From: an uncultured Planctomycetales bacterium | Lineage (GTDB): Bacteria; Planctomycetota; Planctomycetia; Pirellulales; S012-138 | Assembly: GCA_937927735.1 (NCBI GenBank) | Contig: CALBRZ010000002.1 | Span: 37,800 to 101,799, forward strand | Length of the DNA stretch: 64,000 nucleotides | Reading direction: 5' to 3' | In this document: piece by piece, positions 17,950-27,532 of the stretch | Position numbering within the stretch: position 1 is the first letter of the stretch | How the letters are laid out: the number at the start of each line of letters is the position of its first letter | Translations under genes and position numbers: made by a program | Notes under the pieces: model-generated | Database searches by the model: none | The model's input: the letters and a program-made list of their open reading frames with translations, nothing else | Told to the model about the DNA's origin: nothing

Positions 17950-20211
17950 ATGAGCACGTTCGACTGGGTGATTCTGATCGGCTACCTGGTAATGATGGCG
18001 CTGATCGGCCTGTACTCGATGTTCAAGGTCAAAGTCCAGGAAGATTACTTCATGGGCGGCCGATCGTTCGGCAAGCTGATCCAAGCCTTCGCCGCGTTCG
18101 GCGCCGGCACCGGGGCCAACGATCCCGTGGTGCTGGGCCGCACCACGTTTACCTCAGGGCTCTCCGGCATCTGGAGCGTGCTGCTGTGGCTGTTCGTCAC
18201 GCCGTTCTACTGGATCTTCGGCGTGTGGTACCGCCGCATGCGGCATCTTACGTTGGGCGACTGGTGGGTGGAGCGGTACGAAAGTAAAGGCCTGGGCGCT
18301 GCCTACGCCCTGTTTGCCCTGTACTTCTATGTGATTTACCTGTCGGTGGCGTTCGCGGCCGTGGGCAAGGTGTGCGTGGGCCTGATCGGCAGCGAAACCG
18401 TTACCATCTTCGGCCAGGAGTACAACGCCTATCACGTCTTTCTGCCGCTGATCGCCCTGACCGTGATCGTGTACGGCGTGCTGGGCGGGTTGCGGGCGGC
18501 TTACCTCACGGACCTGATCCAGGGCATCTTCATCATCCTGCTTTCGCTGATCCTGATTCCCGTGGGACTGCGGGCCCTGGTCGACCGCTACGAGCCGGAA
18601 ACGGCCAGCGAGACCAGCACCCTGGAAGGCTTCCGCATCATGCACGAGCAGGTGCCGGCCGATTACTTCGAGATCATCGAAAGCCCCGTCGGCGGCGAGT
18701 TCCCGCTGTACTACATCATCGCCATCACGGTGATTAACCTGCTGGGCATCGTGGTGCAGCCGCACTTCATCGCCACCGGCGGCGGTTCGGCCAAGACCGA
18801 GAACAGTGCCCGGGTTGGCCTGGTGGCCGGCAACTTTCTCAAGCGGTTCTGCACGGTGGGCTGGGCGCTCACCGGCCTGATCGTGCTGGCCCTGCTGGCC
18901 GACAACACCGAAATTGCCGGCGACCCCGACCGCGTGTGGGGCGTGGCCTCGCGCCAGATTCTCGGGCCGCTGAACCTGGGGCTCGTGGGCCTGATGCTGG
19001 CCTGCTTGTTGGCGGCGCTGATGTCCTCGGCCGACTGCTACATGATCGTCAGTTCGGCCCTCGTGGTGCGGAACATCTATGCCGCGTACATCAAGCCCGA
19101 CGCCACCGAGAAACAGTACGTGCTGCTGGGGCGGTTGATCGGCGTTGTGCTGATCGCCGGAGCCACGATCACGGCGCTGATCTCGCCCAGCGTGTTCGAC
19201 AACCTGAAGGATACCTGGTTCATCACCACGATCTTCATGGCCACGTTCTGGCTGGGCATGTTCTGGCGCCGCGCCACCCGGCTGGCCGCCTGGGTGACGG
19301 TGATCACGGCCACGCTGCTGTTCTTCGTGCTGCCCAAGCTGATTCCGATGGTGGCGCCCGGGATCTACGAGAGCGAGCACTTCACCCGGGCGACGCTCAT
19401 CAAGGAAACGTACATCACCCGCGAAGCCCGGCAGGCCGACGTCGCCAAGCGCGATGCCGGCCTGGAGCTCATCAAGCAGGAAGAAGAAAAGATCGCCAAG
19501 ATCAAGGCCGCCGGCGGCACGGTGCCCGAGGGCGACAACGCGGGCATCAAGGCCCTGCGCGATACGTTCGGGTTCCGCACGTCCAACTACCAGTTCGGGC
19601 CCGAAGCGTACGACTTTAAAGTGGGCGACCCCATCACGGTGCTGGCTGCCCGGACCGGCGGCAAGCCGGTATTCTTTACCGGCGGCGTGAAGCCGCTGGA
19701 GGGCGAACCGCAGTTCAAGACGTTGAGCATCGAGCGCGAAGTCTCGCCCAACCGCACTGTGATCGTGGTGACCAAGCAGTTCACGTCACCGCTGAAGGCC
19801 AGCGGCGATTTCCGGCTGGAGTACCTGCTGTTTGACTGGTTGGGTCTGCCGCTGGAAACGTACTCCGATCAGTTGCTCGAAACGCTCAAGTTCCCGGCGC
19901 TGATCCTCACGCCGTTCTTGGTGATGCTGGTGGTGAGCCTGGTCACGCCGCGCAACTCGAAGCAGGCGCTCGACTGGTACTACGCCAAGATGAAGACTCC
20001 GGTCGATCCCGACCACGCCGCCGACGCGGCCGAGCTGGAGAAGTCGTACGCCGATCCCCGGCGGTTCGACCACAAGAAGCTGCTGGGGCCCGATAGCAGT
20101 TGGGAGTTCCAGAAGCCGACGTTCACCGACGTTGTAGGCTTTATCGTCAGCGTGTTGATCTGCTTTGCGATCATCTTCCTGACGGTGTGGGTGGCCAAGA
20201 TCGGCGCGTAG
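17950..20211 (+). CDS. sodium:solute symporter family (SSF) transporter with a roughly 175-aa soluble insertion near the C-terminus
   Basis: Start at ATG 17950 (MSTFDWVILIGYLVMMALIG). Multiple TM helices and SSF-type segments (EDYFMGGRSFG, LAALMSSADCYMIVSSALVVRNIY). The hydrophilic block is at residues about 470-645. Confidence 0.85.
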   Translation: MSTFDWVILIGYLVMMALIGLYSMFKVKVQEDYFMGGRSFGKLIQAFAAFGAGTGANDPVVLGRTTFTSGLSGIWSVLLWLFVTPFYWIFGVWYRRMRHLTLGDWWVERYESKGLGAAYALFALYFYVIYLSVAFAAVGKVCVGLIGSETVTIFGQEYNAYHVFLPLIALTVIVYGVLGGLRAAYLTDLIQGIFIILLSLILIPVGLRALVDRYEPETASETSTLEGFRIMHEQVPADYFEIIESPVGGEFPLYYIIAITVINLLGIVVQPHFIATGGGSAKTENSARVGLVAGNFLKRFCTVGWALTGLIVLALLADNTEIAGDPDRVWGVASRQILGPLNLGLVGLMLACLLAALMSSADCYMIVSSALVVRNIYAAYIKPDATEKQYVLLGRLIGVVLIAGATITALISPSVFDNLKDTWFITTIFMATFWLGMFWRRATRLAAWVTVITATLLFFVLPKLIPMVAPGIYESEHFTRATLIKETYITREARQADVAKRDAGLELIKQEEEKIAKIKAAGGTVPEGDNAGIKALRDTFGFRTSNYQFGPEAYDFKVGDPITVLAARTGGKPVFFTGGVKPLEGEPQFKTLSIEREVSPNRTVIVVTKQFTSPLKASGDFRLEYLLFDWLGLPLETYSDQLLETLKFPALILTPFLVMLVVSLVTPRNSKQALDWYYAKMKTPVDPDHAADAAELEKSYADPRRFDHKKLLGPDSSWEFQKPTFTDVVGFIVSVLICFAIIFLTVWVAKIGA

Positions 20212-20370
20212 TCGGGGCAGGAGAGCGGCTTGGGGTGAACCTCGCCCTGTGGATGCCCGTGAGATGCACGCGGCTATGGGCCGTGGGCCAGCTGCCGGAT
20301 CTGGCGGCTGGTTGCCTCCATTGACGAGTCTACGGGCCACACCTAAGTTGAACTTCGCGTAGCGGTACTC

Positions 20371-20475
20371 GCTGGGAGTGCCACTGGCTCCGCCAGTGCC
20401 AGTGTGGCTGTGTGGTATGCGTGGCCCTGGTAATGCTGGACTGCAGGCGATGGTGGGCTGCACAGCGGACCCTAC
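20371..20475 (+). repeat. copy A of a roughly 110-nt intergenic repeat with a hairpin core (REP/MITE-like, or a leader element)
   Basis: Core gtgCCACTGGCtccGCCAGTGcc at 20378-20400 (7-bp stem, 3-nt loop) and 3' box cacagcggaccctac at 20461-20475. Ends 52 nt upstream of the gltX start. Confidence 0.6.
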
Positions 20476-20527
20476 GTAATAGCCCCGACACGGCCCGTTC
20501 ACTTTCCCCCCACCCACGACGAGCTTC

Positions 20528-22090
20528 ATGACGGTTCGCACCCGATTTGCCCCCAGCCCCACCGGTTATCTGCACATCGGCGGGGTTCGCACGGCGTTGT
20601 TTTGTTGGCTGTTTGCGCGCAAGCACGGCGGGCAATTCATCCTGCGGATCGACGACACCGACCAGCAGCGGAACCTCGAGGCCACGTTGGCCCCCATTCT
20701 CAACGGTTTTCGCTGGCTGGGCATCGACTGGGACGAAGGCCCTGAGGTTGGCGGTCCCCATGCGCCGTACTATCAGTCACAGCGGTTGGAACGCTACCAG
20801 GCGGCCGTCGAAAAGCTGCTGGCGTCGGGGCACGCCTACCGCGATTACGCCCGACCCGAGGAGCTGGCCGAGGAACGTGCTGCCGCCGAGGCCGAGAAGC
20901 GGACTTTTGTCTACAGCCGCCGCTGGATGGCCGACACGCCGGAGAAGCAGGCCCAGTTCGAAGCCGAGGGCCGGCAAGGCGTGGTGCGGCTGAAGATGCC
21001 GCGCGAAGGCAAGATCGTGGTCGATGACATGATTCGCGGGCCGGTGGAGTTCGATCTGGCCCAGGAACAGGATCACGTCATCCAGCGCACCGACGGCACT
21101 TGCCTGTACCACCTGGCCAGCGTGGTCGACGACCACGAGTTCGGCATCACGCATGTGATTCGGGCGGAGGAGCATCTCTCCAATACGCCGCGGCAGATTT
21201 TCATCGCCCAGGCGCTGGGGTACGAACTGCCCCGCTTTGCGCACCTGCCGGTGGTGGCCGAGCCGGGCAGCAAGACCAAGCTGAGCAAGCGCAAGATTGC
21301 CAAGTACCTGAAGAATCCCGAGTTCAAGCAGCTCTACGATCACGGCTGCGCGATCGCCCGGCGGTTGGGGCTGGAGATCTCCGACGATACGTTCAACCCG
21401 GTGGTGGTCGACTTCTACGAGCAGGTGGGCTACCTGCCCGAGGCCATCGTCAACTACCTGCTGCTACTGGGCTGGTCGTACGACGACAAGACCGAGTTCT
21501 TCACCCGCGAGGAAATGATTGAGCATTTCACGCTGGACCGGGTGAACAAGTCGTCGGCCAGTTTCGACCCGGCCAAGCTGCGGGCGTTCCAGGAGCATTA
21601 CTTCCGGGCGTTGCCGGCCGAGCAGAAGGTGGAAAAGGTGCTGCCGTTTTTGGTGAAGGCGGGGCTAGTCGCCGAACCGATTCAGCCCGAGACGCAGCAG
21701 TTTGTGGCCCGAGTGGTCGAGGCCGCCGGCGACCGGCTGAAGGTGGCGGGCGACATCCTGGACTTCGACGAGTTCTTCGTGGCCGACGACGCCCTGGCGT
21801 ATGATGAAAAGGACTTTGAAAAGCGCCTGCGGGGCGACCAGACTGCGGTCGGATTGCTCCGGCAGTTCCGCGAGCGGTTGGCGGCCGCCGAGCCGTTCGA
21901 GCCGTCCGCTCTGGAAGCGGCGCTCAAGGGGTTCGTCGAAGAGCAGGGAGTGAAGATTGGACAGATCATCCATGCCTTGCGGGTGGCGACCACCGGCAAG
22001 GGGGTAGGGCTCGGCATGTTCGACGCCCTGGCCCTGCTGGGCCGCGAGCGGTGCCTGGCCCGGATCGATCGGGCATTGGCCCAGGTGTAA
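20528..22090 (+). CDS. gltX: glutamate--tRNA ligase
   Basis: [40 protein letters not shown] (HIGH-type motif) and [10 protein letters not shown] (KMSKS-type motif). Confidence 0.95.
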   Translation: MTVRTRFAPSPTGYLHIGGVRTALFCWLFARKHGGQFILRIDDTDQQRNLEATLAPILNGFRWLGIDWDEGPEVGGPHAPYYQSQRLERYQAAVEKLLASGHAYRDYARPEELAEERAAAEAEKRTFVYSRRWMADTPEKQAQFEAEGRQGVVRLKMPREGKIVVDDMIRGPVEFDLAQEQDHVIQRTDGTCLYHLASVVDDHEFGITHVIRAEEHLSNTPRQIFIAQALGYELPRFAHLPVVAEPGSKTKLSKRKIAKYLKNPEFKQLYDHGCAIARRLGLEISDDTFNPVVVDFYEQVGYLPEAIVNYLLLLGWSYDDKTEFFTREEMIEHFTLDRVNKSSASFDPAKLRAFQEHYFRALPAEQKVEKVLPFLVKAGLVAEPIQPETQQFVARVVEAAGDRLKVAGDILDFDEFFVADDALAYDEKDFEKRLRGDQTAVGLLRQFRERLAAAEPFEPSALEAALKGFVEEQGVKIGQIIHALRVATTGKGVGLGMFDALALLGRERCLARIDRALAQV

Positions 22091-22148
22091 CGAATGCCGG
22101 GAGCCGGCGGGTGCCAAGGCGGCCACCGGCTCCGGCTGGGGGCCACTA

Positions 22149-22178
22149 CTGGGTGCCACTGGCTCCGCCAGTGCCAAA
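22149..22178 (+). repeat. copy B (hairpin core only) of the repeat
   Basis: gtgccactggctccgccagtgcc at 22153-22175 is identical to the core of copy A. It lies 60 nt after the gltX stop and could act as its terminator hairpin. Confidence 0.55.
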
Positions 22179-22282
22179 TCGTCCGGACGAAACCACCGCC
22201 GGCGCAAAATCGGTTGATTCCACCAGCCAAAACGTAAGTACAATCTAGATTCCTTGTTGGTCCGCGTGGCTGAGCGGCCCTG

Positions 22283-22402
22283 GCTGGGTGCCACTGGCTC
22301 TGCCAGTGCGAGTGCGGAACCGGCGCCGGGTTGCACTGGCTTTGCCCGTGGGGAACAGGTGGCAGCAACGAGCTTCGTTGTGGCCCGCACAGCGGACTCT
22401 AC
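22283..22402 (+). repeat. copy C of the roughly 110-nt repeat (with an internal degenerate core at 22328-22354)
   Basis: Core gtgccactggctctgccagtgcg at 22288-22310 and 3' box cacagcggactctac at 22388-22402. Same orientation as copy A. Ends about 117 nt upstream of the glnS start. Confidence 0.6.
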
Positions 22403-22518
22403 CAATGCTGCCGGGCCGAACCACAAACCAACCGAGGCCGCGGACCAGAAACGTACACGCCCGCTGGATAGCCGTTTAACGATTCACCACTTTGTTCGCG
22501 CAGGAGTCGCGAAACATC

Positions 22519-24234
22519 ATGGCCGACGAAAAAACTGATCGTTCTTTGGATTTTGTGCGGGCAATCGTGGCCGAGGATAACCGCACCGGCAAGTACGGCG
22601 GTAAGGTCATTACGCGGTTCCCGCCCGAACCCAACGGCTATCTGCACATCGGGCATGCCAAGAGCATTTGCCTGAACTTCGGCATCGCTCAGGAGAACGG
22701 CGGCAAGTGCAACCTGCGGTTTGACGACACCAACCCCGTCAAAGAAGAGCAGGAGTACATCGACAGCATCAAGGAGGACGTCCGCTGGCTGGGCTTCCAG
22801 TGGGATAACGAGTTCTACGCCTCGGACTACTTCGAGCAGCTTTACGAGTGGGCGGTGCTGTTGATCAAGGCCGGCAAGGCCTACGTCTGCGATCTCACGC
22901 CCGAACAAATCCGCGAGTATCGCGGCACGCTGACCGAGCCGGGCAAGAACAGCCCTTACCGCGACCGCAGCGTGGAAGAAAACCTCGACCTGTTTGAGCG
23001 GATGCGCAAGGGCGAGTTCCCCGATGGTTCGCGGACGTTGCGGGCCAAGATCGACATGGCCTCGCCCAACCTCAACCTGCGCGATCCGGTGATGTACCGC
23101 ATCCTGCACGCGCACCATCACCGCACCGGCGACAAGTGGTGCATCTACCCGATGTACGACTGGGCGCACGGCCAGAGCGACTGGATCGAAGGCATCACGC
23201 ACTCGATCTGCACGCTGGAGTTCGAGAATCACCGCCCGCTGTACGACTGGTTCATCGACGCCATCCGCGAGGCCGGCGGCAGCCCGCCGGGCGTGACGTA
23301 CCGGCCGCAGCAGATCGAGTTTGCGCGACTGAATCTCACCAACACGGTGATGAGCAAGCGCAAGCTGCTGGAGCTGGTCCGCAGCAAGTACGTGCGCGGC
23401 TGGGACGACCCGCGGATGCCGACGATCAGCGGCCTGCGTCGCCGCGGCTACACGCCCGAGGCCATCCGCGAGTTTTGCCGCCGGATCGGCGTCACCAAGT
23501 ACAACAGCACGACGGAAATCGCGCTGCTGGAGCAGTGCGTGCGCGAGGATTTGAACCTCCGCGCGCCGCGGGTGATGGGCGTGCTCAAGCCGCTCAAGGT
23601 GGTCATCACCAACTACCCGGCCGGCCAGACCGAAATGCTCGAAGCCGTGAACAACCCCGAGGATCCTTCGGCGGGCACGCGCCAGGTGCCGTTCTCGGGC
23701 ACGCTGTACATCGAGCAGGACGACTTCATGGAGAATCCGCCCAAGAAGTTCTACCGGCTCGCGCCCGGCGCCGAGGTGCGGCTGCGGTACGCGTACTTCA
23801 TCAAGTGCAACGAGGTGGTGAAGAACGACGCCGGCGAGGTGGTCGAGCTGCGTTGCACGTACGATCCGGAAACTCGGGGCGGCAACGCGCCCGATGGCCG
23901 CAAGGTGAAGGCGACCATCCACTGGGTGTCGGCCGATCACGCCCTGAAGGCCGAGGTCCGGCTGTACGATCACCTGTTCACCCAGGCCGATCCGGACGAC
24001 GTGCCGGAAGGGGCCGACTGGAAGGCGAACCTCAACCCGGACTCGCTCCAGGTGCTCAGCCCTTGCTACGTGGAGCCGAGCCTGGGCAAGGCGGCCGCGC
24101 TGGACTTCTTCCAGTTTGAGCGGCAAGGATATTTCTGTGTGGACCCCGACAGCCAGCCCGGGGCCCTAGTGTTCAACCGTACGGTATCGCTCAAGGACAC
24201 TTGGCGAAAGATCCAGCAGCAGGAGCAGGCGTAG
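22519..24234 (+). CDS. glnS: glutamine--tRNA ligase
   Basis: Start at ATG 22519 ([17 protein letters not shown]). [23 protein letters not shown] (HIGH), [11 protein letters not shown] (KMSKS-type), and a C-terminal GlnRS beta-barrel region. Confidence 0.95.
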   Translation: MADEKTDRSLDFVRAIVAEDNRTGKYGGKVITRFPPEPNGYLHIGHAKSICLNFGIAQENGGKCNLRFDDTNPVKEEQEYIDSIKEDVRWLGFQWDNEFYASDYFEQLYEWAVLLIKAGKAYVCDLTPEQIREYRGTLTEPGKNSPYRDRSVEENLDLFERMRKGEFPDGSRTLRAKIDMASPNLNLRDPVMYRILHAHHHRTGDKWCIYPMYDWAHGQSDWIEGITHSICTLEFENHRPLYDWFIDAIREAGGSPPGVTYRPQQIEFARLNLTNTVMSKRKLLELVRSKYVRGWDDPRMPTISGLRRRGYTPEAIREFCRRIGVTKYNSTTEIALLEQCVREDLNLRAPRVMGVLKPLKVVITNYPAGQTEMLEAVNNPEDPSAGTRQVPFSGTLYIEQDDFMENPPKKFYRLAPGAEVRLRYAYFIKCNEVVKNDAGEVVELRCTYDPETRGGNAPDGRKVKATIHWVSADHALKAEVRLYDHLFTQADPDDVPEGADWKANLNPDSLQVLSPCYVEPSLGKAAALDFFQFERQGYFCVDPDSQPGALVFNRTVSLKDTWRKIQQQEQA

Positions 24235-24237
24235 CCG

Positions 24238-24260
24238 ACGGCGGGGCAGGGCCCCGCCGT
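24238..24260 (+). terminator. GC-rich hairpin immediately after glnS (possible terminator without a U-tract)
   Basis: acggcggggc agg gccccgccgt forms a perfect 10-bp stem with a 3-nt loop, starting 4 nt after the stop codon. No T-run follows. Confidence 0.45.
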
Positions 24261-24571
24261 AGCGGGCGAGCCGTGCGAAGGAACGGGTTGAGCGGCCGGT
24301 CCGGGCGGCGCGGGGCTTGCGCATGCGCGTTTTTCAGCAATTACGCGGGGGTAAAGGGGTTACAACCGCCGCTGGCCGATTTATAGTGGAAGTTCCCTTC
24401 TAGCTCGCTTCCGTGGCGAATCCCCCGAACCGGTTTCGCCAGCGGTGCGTAAACGATAGCGTTGGATTGCCTGCGCGGGCGTTCGCCCCGCGGGGGTCCT
24501 GTACATTGGTCGTGGTGGGCGCGGTGCTGCACGTTTCGGCCCGGTCCCGCCGGTTGCTGCTCCCCGACGAG

Positions 24572-25501
24572 GTGTTCACCGTGTCGCAGGCTCCCGAAGT
24601 TGTCATCCGAACTCGTAACCTCCAAAAGGTTTACCGCGATTTCTGGGGCCGACAGAAAGTCCGGGCGCTCAAGTCGCTGGACTTGGAGATCCATCGCGGC
24701 GAGTTGTTCGGGCTGCTAGGTCCCAACGGCTCGGGCAAGACCACCACCATCAAGCTGATTCTGGGGCTGCTGTTCCCCACCGAGGGCGAGGTCACCGTCT
24801 TTGGCCGCCCGGCCACCGATGTCCGCAAGAACGAGCGGATCGGCTACCTGCCCGAGGAATCGTACCTGTACCGCTTCCTCAACGCGGAAGAGACGCTCGA
24901 CTTCTACGGCCGGCTGTTCAACATCCCGGCCAAGGAGCGCAAGAAGCGGGTCGATGAGCTGATCAAGCTGGTGCGGATCGAGCATGCCCGCCGCCGGCAG
25001 TTGAAAGAGTACTCCAAGGGTATGGCCCGGCGTATCGGCCTGGCCCAGGCCCTGATCAACGACCCGGAGCTGATTATTTTGGACGAACCGACGACCGGTT
25101 TGGACCCGATCGGCGTACGGGAAATGAAGGACATGATTTTGAAGCTGCGCGAGCAGGGCAAAACGATCCTGATGTGCAGCCACCGTTTGGACGACGTGCA
25201 GGACGTGTGCGACCGCATCGCCATCCTGCACCAGGGCGAACTGAAGGAGCTCGGCCGGGTCGACAGCCTGCTCAAGGTGGCCGACGTGACCGAGATCCGC
25301 GCCACCGGGCTGAGCGACGAGGCCAAGCAGGCCATCCGCAAGGTCATTGCCGAGCATCACGGCGACCTGCTCACGATGGACAACCCCACGACCACGCTGG
25401 AAGAGCTGTTCCTCAACATCGTGCAGGACAGCGAGGCCCGGCCTGGCCGGCGTTCCATCCGCGATGGTCAGCCGCCGGTCGCTACCAAGGAACCGGTGTA
25501 A
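24572..25501 (+). CDS. ABC transporter ATP-binding protein (ABC-2 exporter type)
   Basis: Walker [10 protein letters not shown], signature-like [15 protein letters not shown], Walker [14 protein letters not shown]-loop MCSHRL. Start is uncertain. GTG 24572 or 24581 gives a normal N-terminus, while the track ORF (24413) adds 53 atypical residues. Confidence 0.85.
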   Translation: MFTVSQAPEVVIRTRNLQKVYRDFWGRQKVRALKSLDLEIHRGELFGLLGPNGSGKTTTIKLILGLLFPTEGEVTVFGRPATDVRKNERIGYLPEESYLYRFLNAEETLDFYGRLFNIPAKERKKRVDELIKLVRIEHARRRQLKEYSKGMARRIGLAQALINDPELIILDEPTTGLDPIGVREMKDMILKLREQGKTILMCSHRLDDVQDVCDRIAILHQGELKELGRVDSLLKVADVTEIRATGLSDEAKQAIRKVIAEHHGDLLTMDNPTTTLEELFLNIVQDSEARPGRRSIRDGQPPVATKEPV

Positions 25502-25615
25502 GCGCTCCGCCGCGGGGATGGCACCGCCGCAATCGGGACGTGCCGTTGAACAACACATCTAGCCAACATCATCGGGGATGCCACAGCCGTCCCCGGAGCC
25601 CGTTCTGGATTGGCC

Positions 25616-27532
25616 ATGGTAATTGAGAACGAACTGCCTCCGTTTTGGGAATGGCTGCCCGGGGCCCTGGGAACCTGGGCGCTCGGCTGTTTGATCCTGG
25701 CGGTGGCGGTGGTGGCGATAACGCTGCTGTTTGGGATGGTGGTTTCAGGGCCGGCGGTTGCCTGGCGCCAAACCCGCTATCGCCTGGCCGCGGTCGTTAA
25801 GGATCTGCTCTTGTTTTCGCCCCGCCGGGCCTTGGCCATTGCCGGTCTGGCGATGCGTGAATCGATCCGCCGCCGCGTGCTGGTGGTGTTCGTGCTCTAT
25901 GTGCTGATCCTGCTCTTCGCGGCCTGGTTCCTCGACCCGGCCGACCAGGAAGCCGCCCGCACGTACCTCTCGTTCGTGCTGTTCACCAGCGCGTTTCTGG
26001 TGCTGGTGGTGATGCTGCTGCTCTCGGCCTTGAGCCTGCCCACCGATATCGCCGGCCGCACCGTGTACACGGTGGTCACCAAACCGGTCCGCACCAGCGA
26101 GATCGTGCTGGGGCGGATCATCGGCTTTACGGCCATCGGTACCATGCTGCTGGCCCTGATGTCGGTGGTCAGCTACGTGTTCGTGGTCCGGGCGTTCGAT
26201 CACCGGCACGAGATCGATCCCGAACAGGTGCGCGAGGTGAAGGTGTACGCCGATACCGGCGACCGCATCGACCTCCGCGGCGAAACGAACGACGCGTTCC
26301 GCCACCGGCACCAGTTCAGCATCCGCAAGGGGAGCGAGCACGGCGTGACCGACATGCCGCTGGTCGATACCCCGCGCAACGACGAAGAACTCAACCCGCA
26401 CCGCGGCGTGGTCCAGGGCCACTGGCACAAGGTTACCCGCCGCGAGCGTAACGGCCAGGTGAGCTACGAGGTCGGCCCGCCCGAAGGGCAACTGGTCGCC
26501 CGCATCCCGATCTACGCCCGGCACGATAACCCCGCGCAGGGCCGCTACGGCCTGACGTTCCTCGATCGCAACGGCACGCCCACCCTCAAGGGCATCAACG
26601 TCGGTAACGAGTGGACGTACCGCAGCTACATCGAAGGGCAGACCGGCGCCGCCGCCATCTGGCACTTCGAGGGCATCACGCCCGAGCGGTTCCCCAACGG
26701 CCTGCCGCTGCAAATGACGCTCCGCGTGTTCCGCACCCACAAGGGCACGATCACCGAGGGCGTCAACGGCAGCATCCGCCTGGTGAACCCCAAGAACCCC
26801 AATATCCGGTCGACATTCATCGACTTCCGGGCCAAAGAGTACTCGATCTACGAGCACTTCATTCCCCGCACGCTCCGCGGCGTGGACCCCAACAACCCGG
26901 CCAACACCATCGAGCTGGACCTGTTCGCCGGTTTGTATCCGCTGGTCGAAGACGGCGAGCTGAAGATCGAGATCCGCTGCAACGACCGCGCCCAGTACTT
27001 CGGCATGGCCAAGCCCGACCTGTACATCATGGCCGCCGAAGGCTCGTTCCTGATGAACTTTGCCAAGGGCTACTTCGGCATCTGGATGCAGTTGGTGCTG
27101 ATCGTGTCGCTGGCCGTGATGTTCAGCACGTTCCTCAACGGCGCCGTGGCCATCCTGGCGGCGGCCGCCGGCGGCATCAGCGGCTACTTCACCCGCATGA
27201 TCGAGGAGATTGCGGCCGGACCCGAGTATGGCGGTGGGCCGATCGAGTCGTTCTACCGCATCGTCACCCGCCGGCCGATGGCAACCGAATTGGAACCCAG
27301 CCTCACCGCCACGGTGGTGCAGTCCTTGGACTACGGGATCGAAGCCGTCCTGGGCGTGGTAGCGCGCATGCTGCCCAACATGGGCGGGCTGTCCGACGCC
27401 GACTGGGTCACGTCGGGCTTTGATGTGCCGACCGACGTGCTGCTGATCCAGTTCTGCACGGTGATCGGCTTTGCCATCCCGCTCTACGTGCTGGGACACT
27501 ATATCCTGAGAGGTCGCGAGGTGGCCGCATGA
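25616..27532 (+). CDS. ABC-2 family permease with a roughly 270-aa extracytoplasmic insertion
   Basis: N-terminal TM bundle with LPTDIAGRTVYTVVTKPVRTSEIVLGRIIG, resembling the SIAGERExGTLE...LGK motif of ABC-2/NosY-like permeases. The hydrophilic block is at residues about 200-470, followed by C-terminal TM helices. The stop overlaps the next start (ATGA at 27529-27532). Confidence 0.7.
   Translation: MVIENELPPFWEWLPGALGTWALGCLILAVAVVAITLLFGMVVSGPAVAWRQTRYRLAAVVKDLLLFSPRRALAIAGLAMRESIRRRVLVVFVLYVLILLFAAWFLDPADQEAARTYLSFVLFTSAFLVLVVMLLLSALSLPTDIAGRTVYTVVTKPVRTSEIVLGRIIGFTAIGTMLLALMSVVSYVFVVRAFDHRHEIDPEQVREVKVYADTGDRIDLRGETNDAFRHRHQFSIRKGSEHGVTDMPLVDTPRNDEELNPHRGVVQGHWHKVTRRERNGQVSYEVGPPEGQLVARIPIYARHDNPAQGRYGLTFLDRNGTPTLKGINVGNEWTYRSYIEGQTGAAAIWHFEGITPERFPNGLPLQMTLRVFRTHKGTITEGVNGSIRLVNPKNPNIRSTFIDFRAKEYSIYEHFIPRTLRGVDPNNPANTIELDLFAGLYPLVEDGELKIEIRCNDRAQYFGMAKPDLYIMAAEGSFLMNFAKGYFGIWMQLVLIVSLAVMFSTFLNGAVAILAAAAGGISGYFTRMIEEIAAGPEYGGGPIESFYRIVTRRPMATELEPSLTATVVQSLDYGIEAVLGVVARMLPNMGGLSDADWVTSGFDVPTDVLLIQFCTVIGFAIPLYVLGHYILRGREVAA

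Noticed and set aside
20371-22402. Considered whether the repeated CCACTGGCTC(C/T)GCCAGTG cores are a CRISPR array.
   Set aside because: There are only three or four copies with irregular spacing, separated by a complete 1.5-kb gene. The flanks are partly homologous, and there are no cas genes. This is a REP-like repeat or leader element, not CRISPR.
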